From Octopus bimaculoides (taxonomy: Eukaryota), in assembly GCF_001194135.2 (NCBI RefSeq), contig NC_068989.1, positions 35,688,552 through 35,725,155 on the forward strand: 36,604 bases of DNA. Reading direction: 5' to 3'. The notes beneath the pieces were generated by a model. It was not told the origin of the DNA and did not search any database. It was given only the letters and a program-made list of their open reading frames with translations. How positions within the stretch are numbered: the stretch's first letter is position 1; each line of letters begins with the position of its first letter. The position numbers and the translations under genes were made by a program. Below are positions 1 through 13,600 of this stretch, piece by piece.

Positions 1-38
<38 letters not shown>

Positions 39-42
<4 letters not shown>

Positions 43-1065
43 ACAACATTCTTTCTAATCATCCTAGATCAACCCTCCATAGTATGGTAACAGCTATCTC
101 AATTAGAATCTCAAACTTATTGGCGAATGAGGAGATATCCAACACTCACATTCTGTATTATAACCAAGCCCTAAAGTTAAGTGGTTTTGAAAAAGAAATA
201 TTTTACATCCCTGATACAATTCTTAAAACCAAAATTGCAAATATCTTGAATGGAACTGGCTCAAAATATAGTAATATGAGCCCCAATTTAGATAAACCAA
301 TTAAAAAACTATGAATGTGGCCCGAATTAATAACATGGCATTTAGAAATTCACATAAATATAAACCCCATATCCCCAACCAATCTAACCAGACCAAATAT
401 TTAACATCTACGATATGTGAAATTATATGGTTTACCCGACCCTTCTCTCTTCAGGTCAAATCTTTACCCAAATTGTTTTTTAAGATACTGAAGAAAAATT
501 TTCCTAAAAATCATAAACATTGTCCTATTTTTAACAAATCATCTGTGAAATCGTCATACTCTACTACTCCGAATTTAGGTTTGAACATAGCTTCCGTCAA
601 TAGGTCTAAACTAAGCCTTAAGAAATCTACCCACACAAATCTTTATAATGAACTCTATAACTCCAAAACTGACAATAACTCTAATGTAAACATTACACCA
701 GGTCAATCCCTCAAAGTCGGGGGTGTCTTAACCTCTAATAACTGGAAAATTAATACTAATGCAAGGGGGGAAAAAATATTGTAATTGTCAAATTAAGGAG
801 TCGTGTCTGTTAACTGGATCCTCTTTATGTAATAACATAGTATATAGGTGTTCTGTGGAAATCCCTGCTACACAGAGGATAAGCTTATATAGGAAGTACT
901 GTAGACTTTAAATGTCGATATAAGGTCCATTTGAACTCTTTTACCAACGCAAAATATAAATCTTCTACAATGCTAGCTTCATATATACAAGAACTTAAAC
1001 TAAAAAATATACAGTATTCATTATTTTTGTCAGTAATAGAAAGAAGTCTGAAAGTGTTTAGTTAA
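39..1065 (+). mobile_element. Degenerate Penelope-like element (PLE) fragment: RT thumb/linker plus GIY-YIG endonuclease
   Basis: Frameshifted pieces: SNHPRSTLHSMVTAISIRISNL..YNQALKLSGF; IIWFTRPFS..KNFPKNHK..IFNKSSVKSSYS; CNC...CLL..CNNIVYRC; AYIGSTVDFKCRYKVHLNSF..STMLASYI. This matches the PLE linker (IIWFNPPFS, CNC-x-CPL) and the GIY..YIG order. Confidence 0.85.
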
Positions 1066-1090
1066 AAAAATTAATTAAATAATCTGTACG

Positions 1091-1194
1091 TCAAAGTCGA
1101 CCGTGGTGAAATTTGAACTAAAAAACGTAAAGACAGACAAAATACCGTGAAGCATTATGCCCAGCATGCTAACATTTCCACCAGCTTGCTGCCT
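1091..1194 (-). mobile_element. SINE family C, 5' (tRNA-like) fragment
   Basis: CAAAGTCGACC..GAAATTTGAAC..GCTAACATTTCCACCAGCTTGCTGCC matches the other family C heads. Confidence 0.6.
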
Positions 1195-2210
1195 TAGAAA
1201 TTAAACATTCATTTTAGAAATGTATTCTTTATTCTTATTGCTTAAGCATTACTCCCTTACTTTTTTACTTACTGACATGAAATTTCGTAACATTTTACCT
1301 CATAACTCTTTTTCTACTGATTTTTGTTCAATGCAACTAGCGACTTTCAATTCCTCATGCATTTTTCTATCCTTTAAGCCTAAAAAAGGTATATTTTTAA
1401 TTTAAAATTAAAAAATTTATGTTAATTGAAGATGAATATCAGCCTACCTGCCCCCTTGGGGTCGCAGATATTTTGATGTAACTTTTTTCTGCTGAACCAA
1501 ATCTCAAACTATTTATGCCGAAGTGTAGCTGAGGAGGTGTCCTCTTTAAAACTATTAACAGTTTGCAATTTGAGAACTGAATTAGTGGTGAAGCTTGGAA
1601 GCTGCCGTGATTGACGAAATGATAGACTTAAGTATATATTCAACCACTACTGTGGTTTAATGATATATGTTTTGTAATTTAAATTGGGTGTGAAGTGAAA
1701 CAATTGTCGGCAATGTTAAATAATTAATAAATTAATTTATAACCATTAAATCTCTCCATTTTCAAACGTATTAATTATATATAAACATACACATGTGTGT
1801 GTGTATATATATATGTATACATACATATACATATATATGTGTGTGTACATACATACACATGCATTATGTGGGTGATATTTTCATCCAAGATGTTACAACT
1901 GTGTCTGATTCTTCAAGTGATTCAATTTTGTGTTTGTAAGCAATGGTTTACCCCATCGTATTGATGCACCACTTTCTATCATTAATAAAAGTGTTGGTAT
2001 TTTTTATGACATGGGTATGCTAGTTGTATAATATTTCTTTAGAAATTTAATCAAAATGAGCACAATAGTACTACAAAGAATAGTTCCATGTGTTTTATGA
2101 ATGGTATATTTTTTAATATAAGCAAAGTGAGTAAAGAATTTATACACTGTGAAGCTACGGAAAATCAAGCAACAATACTTTGGAGAATATTCAGATATAT
2201 TTATACCTAC

Positions 2211-2362
2211 CCTTAAATTTTTGTACTCTTTTTTAATTTTAGTCAGTTCCTTCCGAGCTGCAATGCCAACACTCAAAAATTGTAACTGATGTCGCACTGA
2301 TGTAATGTTATTATGCAAGTCACCGAGATCTGATAAGAGGAGCTTGGTACATTTATCACATT
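2211..2362 (-). CDS. LanA: Laminin alpha exon (start of coiled-coil domain II/I)
   Basis: 152 nt, tttcag|AA...AGG|gtaggt; CDKCTKLLLSDLGDLHNNITSVRHQLQFLSVGIAARKELTKIKKEYKNLR; the CxxC..LLL.DL motif begins the laminin alpha long arm. Confidence 0.93.
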
Positions 2363-4639
2363 CTGAAAGGAAAAAAAAAAACATATATAAAATTAGAAAT
2401 ATAACCATACACATACATATACCAGCGTGCGCATGCATTCGTGTGTGAAAAGTCATTGTTAGCAACTCAGTTACTCTATTTAATAAATATTGATTTCCAA
2501 TTTTGGCACAAGGTCAGCAATTGTGGGGGAAGGTGTCAATTACATTGACCCTAGTACTGAACTGGTACCCATTTTTAATCGACCCTGAAAGGATGAAAGG
2601 TAAAGTTGACCTCAGCAGAATTTGAATTTAGAATGTAAAGATGAAAAAATTCTGCTAAACATTTTGCTCGATGTGCTGACAATTCTGCCACCTCACTACT
2701 TTATTCTGTTTAATAAATATTAAGAATATTTTTGTCTAGTCTTTTCTTCAGTTAATGTTTGCTATTATTTTTTGAAGAAATACACATGCACCTTTTTTTT
2801 TATATATACTCATTAGACTTAGGTCATGCTAAGGCACCACCTTGAAGAATTTTAGTCAAACAAATTGATCCCAGCACCATTTGAAAGCCTAGTACTTATT
2901 CTGTCAATCTCTTTTGCAAAACTTTTTGTGAGAGGAGAATCATAAAAAGATATATATGTAATGCTCAAAACGTTAACATCAACTCTCTCCCTTCACCGAG
3001 CACCAAATTAATATATTTCTTGTGCACATCCTCATATTTGTATTTTTCGTTTTTCATCTGTTTTTTAATTGTTTGTTTATTTGAATTGACTATATATAAA
3101 TATGAGAGGTATTGGTATCCAGAAGACCTAAGGTGGCAGGTAATGCTATGTAAGTGCTATGGAAGCACCGTAGTTAAACTCTTGATTCAATAATGATACG
3201 TATGAGGATCCCAATGCGGGTCTTGTATGAGCATGTATATGTTAAATAAAATGAGACAACAAAGTCAAGGCTGTGTAGAATTTTCAGGACATTTATAAGA
3301 GAAAGATAGTCTTACAGCTGCTTCTGGGATATTAGGGGTATCCCTTAATCAGAGACGATGTGAGATGGTTAAATAACTCCTTATATTGAACTCTAATATC
3401 TCCCTCTATTTAACCATCTCAAATTATCTCTGATGAAGGGATATTCCTAATATTCCAGAAACAGCTGTAAGACTAACTTGCTCTTTATAAATGTCCTGAA
3501 AATTCCATACAGATTCGGCTTTGTTATCTCATTTTATCTAACACACACACACACACACACACAACAGGTTTCTGTCAACCAAATATACACACACATATAT
3601 ACATATATATATATTACACACACACACAAACATAAATTGCACAGTGACGCAGCAAACTCTCATTACTTATGTGAACTTGAAGTCTTAATTGTCTTATATT
3701 AGACATCTAACAAAACAAGTAATTATATATACATAAATTAAGTTACTCACGGCTGCATCCTTTCCCAGGTATTTTGACCCAATCTTTAGCACATCGATTA
3801 CAAGAGCTTCCTACATAACCTTCCATACAACGGCAGACACCAGTTACAGGGTCACATGTTCGGGAAACTCCACTTCTTGCACAAGAACAACCTGACATAT
3901 AAATAATATTAAATATTATATATTACTTTATAATATATTAAAAGCAACATCCAATAATATATCAAATATTATATATCACTTTATAATACATTAAAAACAA
4001 ATAAAGTGTTTTACAGTATATTAGATATCATAAACCCTTTATGATATATTACAAAGGAGATTTGTTAGAATTTTTCATTAATTGTAATTGTTTTTATCTT
4101 TACACATTTTCTATATAAATCCCTACTGTCCCTTTGTCTGTGTTTAAACAATTTTTTCTTATTACATAAACATATTTGCTAATTTTAGACTTATTTTTTC
4201 CTTTTTATATTAAAACAAAAATGTAATTTATAATTAAGTGTTATAAACAAAAAGAAAAAAAGTAGTTTATAACAATATTAAATATTGTAAAACACTATAT
4301 GATATATTAAAATGCAAATCACTGAAGGAAATTACTCAATGAAAAAAACTGTAGTTATGTATGCTTTATCGATATGCATTGTGCATAAAGAAAATTTTAG
4401 TAAATACACCTAACACATAGGCAGGCTGCTCATGCAGAGGTAATGCCACATATCTACTAGATGGTCAAACTAATACAGTAATTATCGTGTATAATGCAGA
4501 AATAATCTTGAGGAATCCTAGTAAAGCAATGAAAGTACAAATATATGTGAGCACAATCAAAGGCCCCTTCAGATCCAGGCTCAATGCCCATATGTTTTTA
4601 TTTAATATCAGAGAGAGATGTAAAATCACAACATTGGCA

Positions 4640-4695
<56 letters not shown>

Positions 4696-7600
4696 AGATT
4701 GAAAGGAAGTGTTGCACAATATAACATCAAATGGAGACTGTTGGAAAAGTGCAAACTTTACCTCTATAGTAGTAGGAGGTACGGACTCTATTTAGCAGAG
4801 AAAAGAATCATATTGACTACCCTGCACTCAGGGGCCTACCTGAACTTTAAGTCTGGTTAGTGTTTCTCCCATTGGTGCTTCTCTCACCATAAACAAGCAG
4901 TTAATTCCTCCCACACACATAGCTTATATATATGCACTTACATGCATATACACTGTTACAAATACTTAACCCTCCCACTTCTCTCCTAATTTGCTCCCCT
5001 ACCTCTCTGCTACACCTCCCTATTTTTCTCTAACCCCAAATCACCCTCTCCACTTCATTTCTCCCCACCTCTTCACTTAACAATCAAATATCACATAAAA
5101 CTGAAGCGGACATTTTGTCACCTGTATGCTGACATGAAAATCACTGGCTAAAAAGGGGCAAATCGAAGGGACATAACTTTGATGTGCTTCAGATACAACT
5201 TTGGTTCTTTCATCCATGATTTTCGTTTTGTCTTGTTTTCCAATAACTCTGAGACTCATAAACAGGATGTGGCATTTTTATGCTTCCAATAGGAAAGAGC
5301 CCAGGCCATACTTTTCTATTCAGTCATGTTTGATGATTGTTAATTTACCTCTCCAATTCTGGAAGGTTACTAGCATGAAACCATTCAGCAACATTAATTA
5401 GCTGCTATGAGACTATTACAATAGTAATAATAATGACAATGATGATGATAATAATAATGACAATGATGATGATGATTATAATAATAATAATAATAATTAT
5501 TATTATTATCATTAGTAGTAGTAGTAATATCATTATTATTATCATCATATATTTCATGTACATATACAGAGACAGATAGCAAGACTGTAGAAAGAAATGA
5601 AACTGGAAACAAGCAAAAAGTCTCTCCTTTGAATAGGAATCAAAGAAATATCTACTTACGTTTACAACCGTTTGCACCATAATCCCAGTAGCCATCTAGA
5701 CAGCGGTCACACTTACGTCCACCAGCACCTGGCTCACATCGGCACTGTCCAGTCATATCATCACATGAATCGGAACGAGAAGCAAGACCACAATCACAAC
5801 TCTTGCAGCCATTGCAGTCTTTGAAACCATAATGATTTGGCTGTCAATTCAAAAATAAAGCAAAGAAATTTGTATGTCTGCCTGTATGTAGGTATGTACA
5901 TATGTAAGTACATATGCATGTATGTATATATGTACATATATAGGTATGTATACATGTACATATTATGTATGTATGCATGCATATATATGTCTATGTGTGA
6001 ATATATGCATGAATCTATGTGCATGTGTGTATATGTATAACATGATCTACATCATAGATGTACCAGTAATTACTATAATGAAGATTAACCAACTATCTCC
6101 CACATACAATTTATTGTATACGATTTATCGTATACCACAAGATTTAAAGCTTACATATTATTTAATCCATACTAATACAAAGACATACATAACAATTATA
6201 TATACATACATGTGAATGTCCGTGTGTGTGTGCACATATATACATGTACATAAATATATATAACACTTACCAAGCATCTGTTACATCTCTTCCCAACAAC
6301 ATTACGTTTGCAGTAGCAGAAACCAAATGTATCATCACACTTAGAAGTACCACAGGTATCACAAGTACACCCTGCAATCAATCAAAAAAAATTTATAGCA
6401 TTTAGATTAATTAAAATTGATGTTTAATGAATATAAAAATTCTCTTACATATATACATACATAGTGTACACATATGCTGGGATCTACCTTCAAAGACTGA
6501 GTGGGATTGCAGTAGAGAGGGATCTGAACTTATGCCAGGTTTTAAGAAGCTAAAGTACAATAGAGGCACAGGTGTCTCCAAGGTTATAGCTAAAGATGCT
6601 TGCCCAGTGTGCTGTGCAATGATACTGAACCCAAAACTACTGCAAATGTCTTAAGCACACTGTGATGCCTGAGGCTAAGTAACTGAAGGAGTAATTGCAG
6701 AAACATGAAGCTAATTTAAAATCTACCTCCAGGTTGAACAAATTGGATTTGGTAGATAGTAATTGATGTGTGTGTGAGTGTGTGTATGAGAGAGAGGGGG
6801 GGAGGGAGAGAGAGGGGGAGAGAGAGAGAGGGAGAGAGAGAGAGAGAGAGAGAGAGAAGATGTATGTGTCTTTGTTTTGACATCAAGTGATAGTTGTAAG
6901 TGCCATTTTCATGTAAGTAGTGTCATTCTTTTCCAATCTTCAATGAGAACATATCCAGGCAGGGGGGAATATTACCTTACTTGGAAACTGGCTGTAGAAA
7001 ATCTGCTTCAACAAATTCTATCTTAATCATGCAAGCATGGTAAAGTGGATATTAAGATGATGATGATAATATATATATATATATATATATATATGGAGGA
7101 GTATATGTGTATATATGCATATGTATGTATGTCTGTTAATCTTGATATCAAATGATAGGTATAAATAAGTGCTACTGTCATACAAACAGTATCATTTGTT
7201 TCCAGTCTTCCATGAAAAAGCATGTCTAGCCAAGGGAAAATATTGGCTTGCTTGGAAACATTTATTTCTGAGATCCAATACCACAGCAGAGTGTGGTCAG
7301 TGGAGGTTCAATCATATATATGTCAGGAATATACAATAGCTGAGTTCACCTCATATACTCTACACATGCTGCCCTTATAAAAAGAAACAAATTAATGAAT
7401 TAACAAACTTACTTGTACAGTTCTTTGCTATAACTGGATCACCAAACCATCCTTCCTTACACATGTCGCAATTCTTGCCAGCAGAATTATTTGTGCAGTT
7501 TCTACACTCTCCAGTTTTTTTATCACAGCTGTTAGGATTATTGAGATCGATGTTATCACTACACTGGCAAGGTTGGCATGATCCACCAACCATCAGTGGA

Positions 7601-10600
7601 TCTCCATAGTATCCTGGAGAACATCTTCAATAAAAAATGGTAACAGTTAATTTTTCTAATGAAAATTTAAAATTCATACAATAAGTGCAATAAGAAAAAT
7701 AGGACCATCTTTTAAATTTTTGTCCCTCTTCAGACACCAGCAGCAGAAATATCTGAAGTATGGACATATTATATTTTCATTGGCATAGTCATAATTCAGG
7801 CATTATCATGTTACTGTTCAAATTTCCCCAGTTCACTTATAAGTTTGTATCTAATTACAAAAGAAACCTTACAACTATTTTGAACGTCTGATAAATTCCT
7901 GTGATATCCCTAATTGACTTGCATCATCCCATTTAGAAGTATTTATTGTTCCAACACAAACAACAATTAACATTGCTGAAATAGTTCACTTACTTGTCAC
8001 ATTTTGCACCTCTGTACCCCTCCTTACACGAGCAGAAAGTGGTGGCACCATGAGAATTAGTAACACAATTTTTGGCAAAGCTGCAAAAGTTTAAAAAAAC
8101 AATCAAAGTATATATTTAAAACAGGGATATATATATAAGTTAATTAGAGGATATATTAACCTCTTAAAGGAATGATTACATCCAAGGAAACATTGGTTTT
8201 ATACCTAATATATTGGGGAAATAAAATTTCCCTAAATCAATAGGTATATGTTAAGCATATAATCCGTATTCAATACCACCAGACTAAATATATGCAGTTA
8301 TTTTATTTCTATTTTTGTGTGTGCATGAATTAATACTATTTAATACTATTGAATTGAAGGTTATAATGTGTATCTATGTGTATACTATATGCTTTATGTA
8401 TGTACTTATGTGCATGTATATGCATATCTGTGCATTTATGTATGTCCATACGTATGTATATATATTTATAGATGTGTGTGTGTGCATGTATGAGTGTGTA
8501 TATACATGCATGCAGTTATTACTGGGCATCCAGCTGTAGAAACTTTGCCAAATCAGATTGAGTCTGGTGCAGCCTCTGGCTCACTAGTCCTCAGTCAAAC
8601 CGTCCACCCCATGCCAGCATGGAAAGCGGACGTTAAACGATGATGATGATGATGATGAATTCAGCACACATGTATATATTGAGAAACCGTCATGATTAGA
8701 TATTTTCTTGAAATGCTTAACCACATGTAAACTAATTTAAATTTCTCCAACCAATGGGCACTGATTAATACATAGAGTCTGTATGTTAATTTTTTCTTAA
8801 GCAAATATTTTGCTGATCCCTTAATTATATATATATATATATATANNNNNNNNNNNNNNNNNNNNNNNNNNNNNNNNNNNNNNNNNNNNNNNNNNNNNNN
8901 NNNNNNNNNNNNNNNNNNNNNNNNNNNNNNNNNNNNNNNNNNNNNNNNNNNNNNNNNNNNNNNNNNNNNNNNNNNNNNNNNNNNNNNNNNNNNNNNNNNN
9001 NNNNNNNNNNNNNNNNNNNNNNNNNNNNNNNNNNNNNNNNNNNNNNNNNNNNNNNNNNNNNNNNNNNNNNNNNNNNNNNNNNNNNNNNNNNNNNNNNNNN
9101 NNNNNNNNNNNNNNNNNNNNNNNNNNNNNNNNNNNNNNNNNNNNNNNNNNNNNNNNNNNNNNNNNNNNNNNNNNNNNNNNNNNNNNNNNNNNNNNNNNNN
9201 NNNNNNNNNNNNNNNNNNNNNNNNNNNNNNNNNNNNNNNNNNNNNNNNNNNNNNNNNNNNNNNNNNNNNNNNNNNNNNNNNNNNNNNNNNNNNNNNNNNN
9301 NNNNNNNNNNNNNNNNNNNNNNNNNNNNNNNNNNNNNNNNNNNNNNNNNNNNNNNNNNNNNNNNNNNNNNNNNNNNNNNNNNNNNNNNNNNNNNNNNNNN
9401 NNNNNNNNNNNNNNNNNNNNNNNNNNNNNNNNNNNNNNNNNNNNNNNNNNNNNNNNNNNNNNNNNNNNNNNNNNNNNNNNNNNNNNNNNNNNNNNNNNNN
9501 NNNNNNNNNNNNNNNNNNNNNNNNNNNNNNNNNNNNNNNNNNNNNNNNNNNNNNNNNNNNNNNNNNNNNNNNNNNNNNNNNNNNNNNNNNNNNNNNNNNN
9601 NNNNNNNNNNNNNNNNNNNNNNNNNNNNNNNNNNNNNNNNNNNNNNNNNNNNNNNNNNNNNNNNNNNNNNNNNNNNNNNNNNNNNNNNNNNNNNNNNNNN
9701 NNNNNNNNNNNNNNNNNNNNNNNNNNNNNNNNNNNNNNNNNNNNNNNNNNNNNNNNNNNNNNNNNNNNNNNNNNNNNNNNNNNNNNNNNNNNNNNNNAAT
9801 AAATAAAATTAAAATAATGTTTTGTTTTCCTTGCCACAAGAGCAACAGAGAAGGTGGCATTGCAGGGACAATTTACAAAAACATGTGGAGGAGGTGGCAA
9901 GTACTCTTTACTCTTTTTACTTGTTTCAGTGATTTGACTGTGGCCATGCTGGAGCACCGCCTTTAGTCGAGCAAATCAACCCCAGGACTAATTCATTGTA
10001 AGCCTAGTACTTATTCTATCAGTCTCTTTTGCCGAACCGCTAAGTTACGGAGACGTAAACACACCAGCATCAGTTGTCAAGCGATGTTGGGGGGACAAAC
10101 AAAGACACACAAACATATGCACACACATACATATGTATATATACATATATATAACAGGCTTCTTTCAATTTCCATCTACCAAATATACTCACAAGGCTTT
10201 GGTCGGCCCGAGGCTATAGTAGAAGACACTTGCCCAACGTGCCATGCAGTGGGACTGAACCCGGAACCATGTGGTTGGTAAGCAAGCTACTTACCCCACA
10301 GCCAAAAAAACAACAGCAATATAGAAAAAGATGCAAATGTCTCAGTAAGGGGACAACTAGATCCAATCAAGGAACCTTACATATCACCCTGACTACGAAT
10401 GGCAAATGCTCTCTGCCAGCTGTGTTCTGCCCAACCATGCAAGCCATTCTTACCACACTCACTCTCTCATCCACCTAAGACCTCACTTTGTTCACCTCCC
10501 TCTCTAAGAATTTGATAAGAAACTGGCCCAAGAGGAAACTGTCTTCACACTTTTCAATTTTACCCGGCATAAAAGCTTTTTGCCATAGCCACTACACAGA

Positions 10601-13600
10601 GGAACACTGACAGCCCATCATGGCTAAATAAGGTAACAGGACATTCCTCACAATGGACTGCTAGCTACATTGGTCCCACACACAACAACAGGTGTTTGAC
10701 ATAGCAATGTGTAGTGTCTGCACATGTTGATGGTTTTGTAACTTTGCACGCATCTTAAACAAGCACATCCAATGGCACCCAAATCCCAGCAGATTTTAAC
10801 CTGAACAAGCAACACCACCAAGTAGCACTGCCAGGACAGGAATTATCTGTTTCCTATTTTTTAAAGATCATGGAGTGTGATTTGAGGGAGATTTGACTGT
10901 TATTTCTAGCATGTCATGCAATCACATACAGGCTTCCTTATCTTTTGTGGTAGTGCTGGTGGTGATAGTCATAATAGTAGTTGTTGCTCTGTTTTTAGGT
11001 GATTGAACAGATCCTTTAATTAAAGGGAAAGATCCAGCTAAGACCATTTCATCATTTGTTTTTGCCATAGTATTCCTAGAATTACATTAATCAATGTATC
11101 CTTCCTTTTCTAAAATGGGTAAGATTTAAGGAATATCTGGCTGCTATTTCTAGCAGGTGGTTTTAGATTAGTTGTATTGGTCTTTGTTTTGATAATGGTG
11201 ATTGAGGTGATGATAATGGTTGTGGTGTTAGTGGTGGTGTTGCTTGTTGTAATTGTGGTCTTGTAGATGTTTTGTGGTGGTTATGATGGTAGTAGCTGTG
11301 ACTGGGGTAGTGGTGGCAGTGATTACATTTGTGGTAGTAGGAGTGGTTGTGGTGGTGATGGTGGTGGCAGTTAAAATGACAGTAGTGTTAGTGGTGGTTG
11401 TGGTGGTGATGATTGTGGTTACGGTGGTCATGTTGGTGTTGTTGTTGGTAGTAGATGGTAGTGTTAGAGATGGTTTAAAAAAATTAATATTACCAAACAC
11501 TCTCCTGTTGTTGGGTCACACTTCTTTGTATGTCCATTGCATTCACATGGAGAACACAAACCAAAGAATGGACTTTTCCGTCTTCGGTAGTGTCCAGGTG
11601 CACATTTCTGCAATGATAGGGTCAGAGGAAGTTATTAATCCACCAGAGTTGGTGTTAATAATTAGCAAAGTACAACCAAATGGAGTAGAAGTAAATTATA
11701 GAAAGTGAATTGATAGAACATCTGTGGCACATAACTAGCCAATTGTTACAAACATTAAGACAATATTGTGAAATATTTATTCACGAGGTGCACATAAACA
11801 AGGTTGTCTTAGTAGCATTATAAGCCCCTGAGCAAATCAATGACAGCAAACAGCATACATCAGAATTGGGCCTCTAGACCCACTGCGCCCTCATGCAACT
11901 GCCTTAGGAAGTATTGCACAAAAAACAGTAAAAATCCAAACAATAATGTATCTATTCATTCTTAATGCATTTTGGCAGATACAAATATGATTATGAAAAG
12001 TCAATAAAGATCCACTTATTCAGTACTGTAAACAATAGGAACACTTCCTTTTGTCACCAATCTCACATTCTTATATCATCCTTTACCACTTCATCGTCTA
12101 CTGAATGCCCCTTTTTCCTGAACACCCTCTCATATTTACCACTGGTCCAGCAATGGCCCACAACATTTGTTTATTACTCGCTATATCCACTCCTATGTAC
12201 ATCTGACCCACATCATCTGTCACTGTACATCCCTTTCTTATTTCCTTCCACTTCACATAGTCTCCCAATTTCTCATGTATTTATGGTCTTATTAAACTGT
12301 TGCTCTTCATCTCCCCTTTTTTGTACTGCCACCTATCACCTCTTCCTCTCTGACCCACACCTTTGTCCTTCACCTCCTCCTAAACTGATAGCTACCAATG
12401 ACTATGCCTTCACCTATATTTACCATTCACTGCATTCATCTCTATCCTCAGTTCTAACCATTTGTCACTTTCTTTTCGCATGCTTGTGAACCAAACCACC
12501 CAACTATCCTCAATTCTCTGCCCATTTTCTCTTTTTAATCACCTTCTTGTACCTTGAGGATATGTGAAGACACCTCATCACCATCTTTTCTCTTGTAGCA
12601 AGAACTAGGAGTTGAACCCCATTCATTGAGTTATCGGGTTAGTGCAATGGGTGAACCAAAATTGAAACTTGCAATTATCATGTGCACATTCTATTTATCA
12701 TCCATTTAACTCACAGGGGATCATGTCACAGAGTCAGAACATCATCTCAAACATCTTTGAGATTTACACCCTTTTCTTTGGTTTTAAGCGATCTGGTGCT
12801 AAAAATCTTTGTAGAAGTTGAGAGCAACCAGGAAACACACAACTTATTTCTTACTACAAGCAAGCCAAAACAATTGCAGAAGTTGAGAGACCCATCAGAG
12901 AATAACACATGATTCTTGGTACCTGCATGTCTGTGAAGAACCACTTGTCTTTAATGCACCTCTATATGTAAGCACTAAAAGCCATATTTCCTCACCTCTC
13001 GCCATATGAACCAAAGGTAGAGTGCTGAGTACATTCCATTCATGTTCCTGTCTCTAGAGTTAGCTGCTAATAACTAGAATTTAGGTACTATGAAAGTTGA
13101 CTTTATATCCTGCGTCATGTCCAGTAATTCTCCATGTGACACTTTCTAGCAGGAGTAGATGTGTATCTCCTCTACAGCAAGATACCTGTTCCTACACACA
13201 CACAAATACACTTATATAAACAATAATTGTTTTAGGGATTATTATTTCAGAAATAGTTTGTTGGGTTTTTTTACCTCACAAGAAGTACCTCTGTAACTTG
13301 GTGGACAATGGCATTTTTCTACTGTATGTGCCAGATTTCCATTACCATTTTTAGTAGCAACTTCTAGCTGAACATTGCTTAACCTGTGCAAGATACAGAC
13401 AAAAGACAAACAGAAAGTTTCATTAATATAAAAGTAAAATCATACTTCTGACAAATGTATTTTTGTGCTAAATTTTTTTCTCAAAAGTAGGCAGCAAGGA
13501 AAAATAGGCAACATATAGAGAGGTCTATGTCAGGAAGCAACAATTTCAGTTTATAGAACAAGTGTGATATTGTGCTGGACAATGAACTGTACAGTGTTTC

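Larger units (their letters stand above)
3100..3542. mobile_element. Head-to-head inverted pair of PLE pseudo-LTR-like units with hammerhead motifs
   Basis: Arms 3241-3375 and 3407-3542 are reverse complements with scattered mismatches and a 31 nt spacer. The minus-strand unit continues to ~3100. PLE origin is inferred from the minimal hammerhead type. Confidence 0.7.

Noticed and set aside
1441-1560. CAG|GTAGGC donor-like site as the next laminin exon
   Set aside because: The open frame (LIVLKRTPPQLHFG..) is not coiled-coil-like and has no clear acceptor. The next exon is probably outside the window.
9798-9900. NCPCNATF-containing frame next to the gap
   Set aside because: No LE pattern and no splice donor; cysteines look coincidental.
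8661-9957. Long ORFs of 260-400 aa in the ORF track (also 27096-28071 and 28923-30004)
   Set aside because: They are open only because they run through N gaps.
10230-10304. tRNA-like A/B boxes as tRNA genes (also other SINE heads)
   Set aside because: No cloverleaf or acceptor stem; each is fused to a SINE body.
10381-10470. Donor-like CTTAC with an upstream open frame as the missing laminin exon
   Set aside because: It translates to ECGKNGLHGWAEHSWQ.., with no LE cysteine spacing and no good acceptor.
11228-11708. Thr-rich (mucin-like) and Val-rich ORFs
   Set aside because: Translations of a GTG/GTT microsatellite. The only real coding part is the laminin exon on the minus strand.
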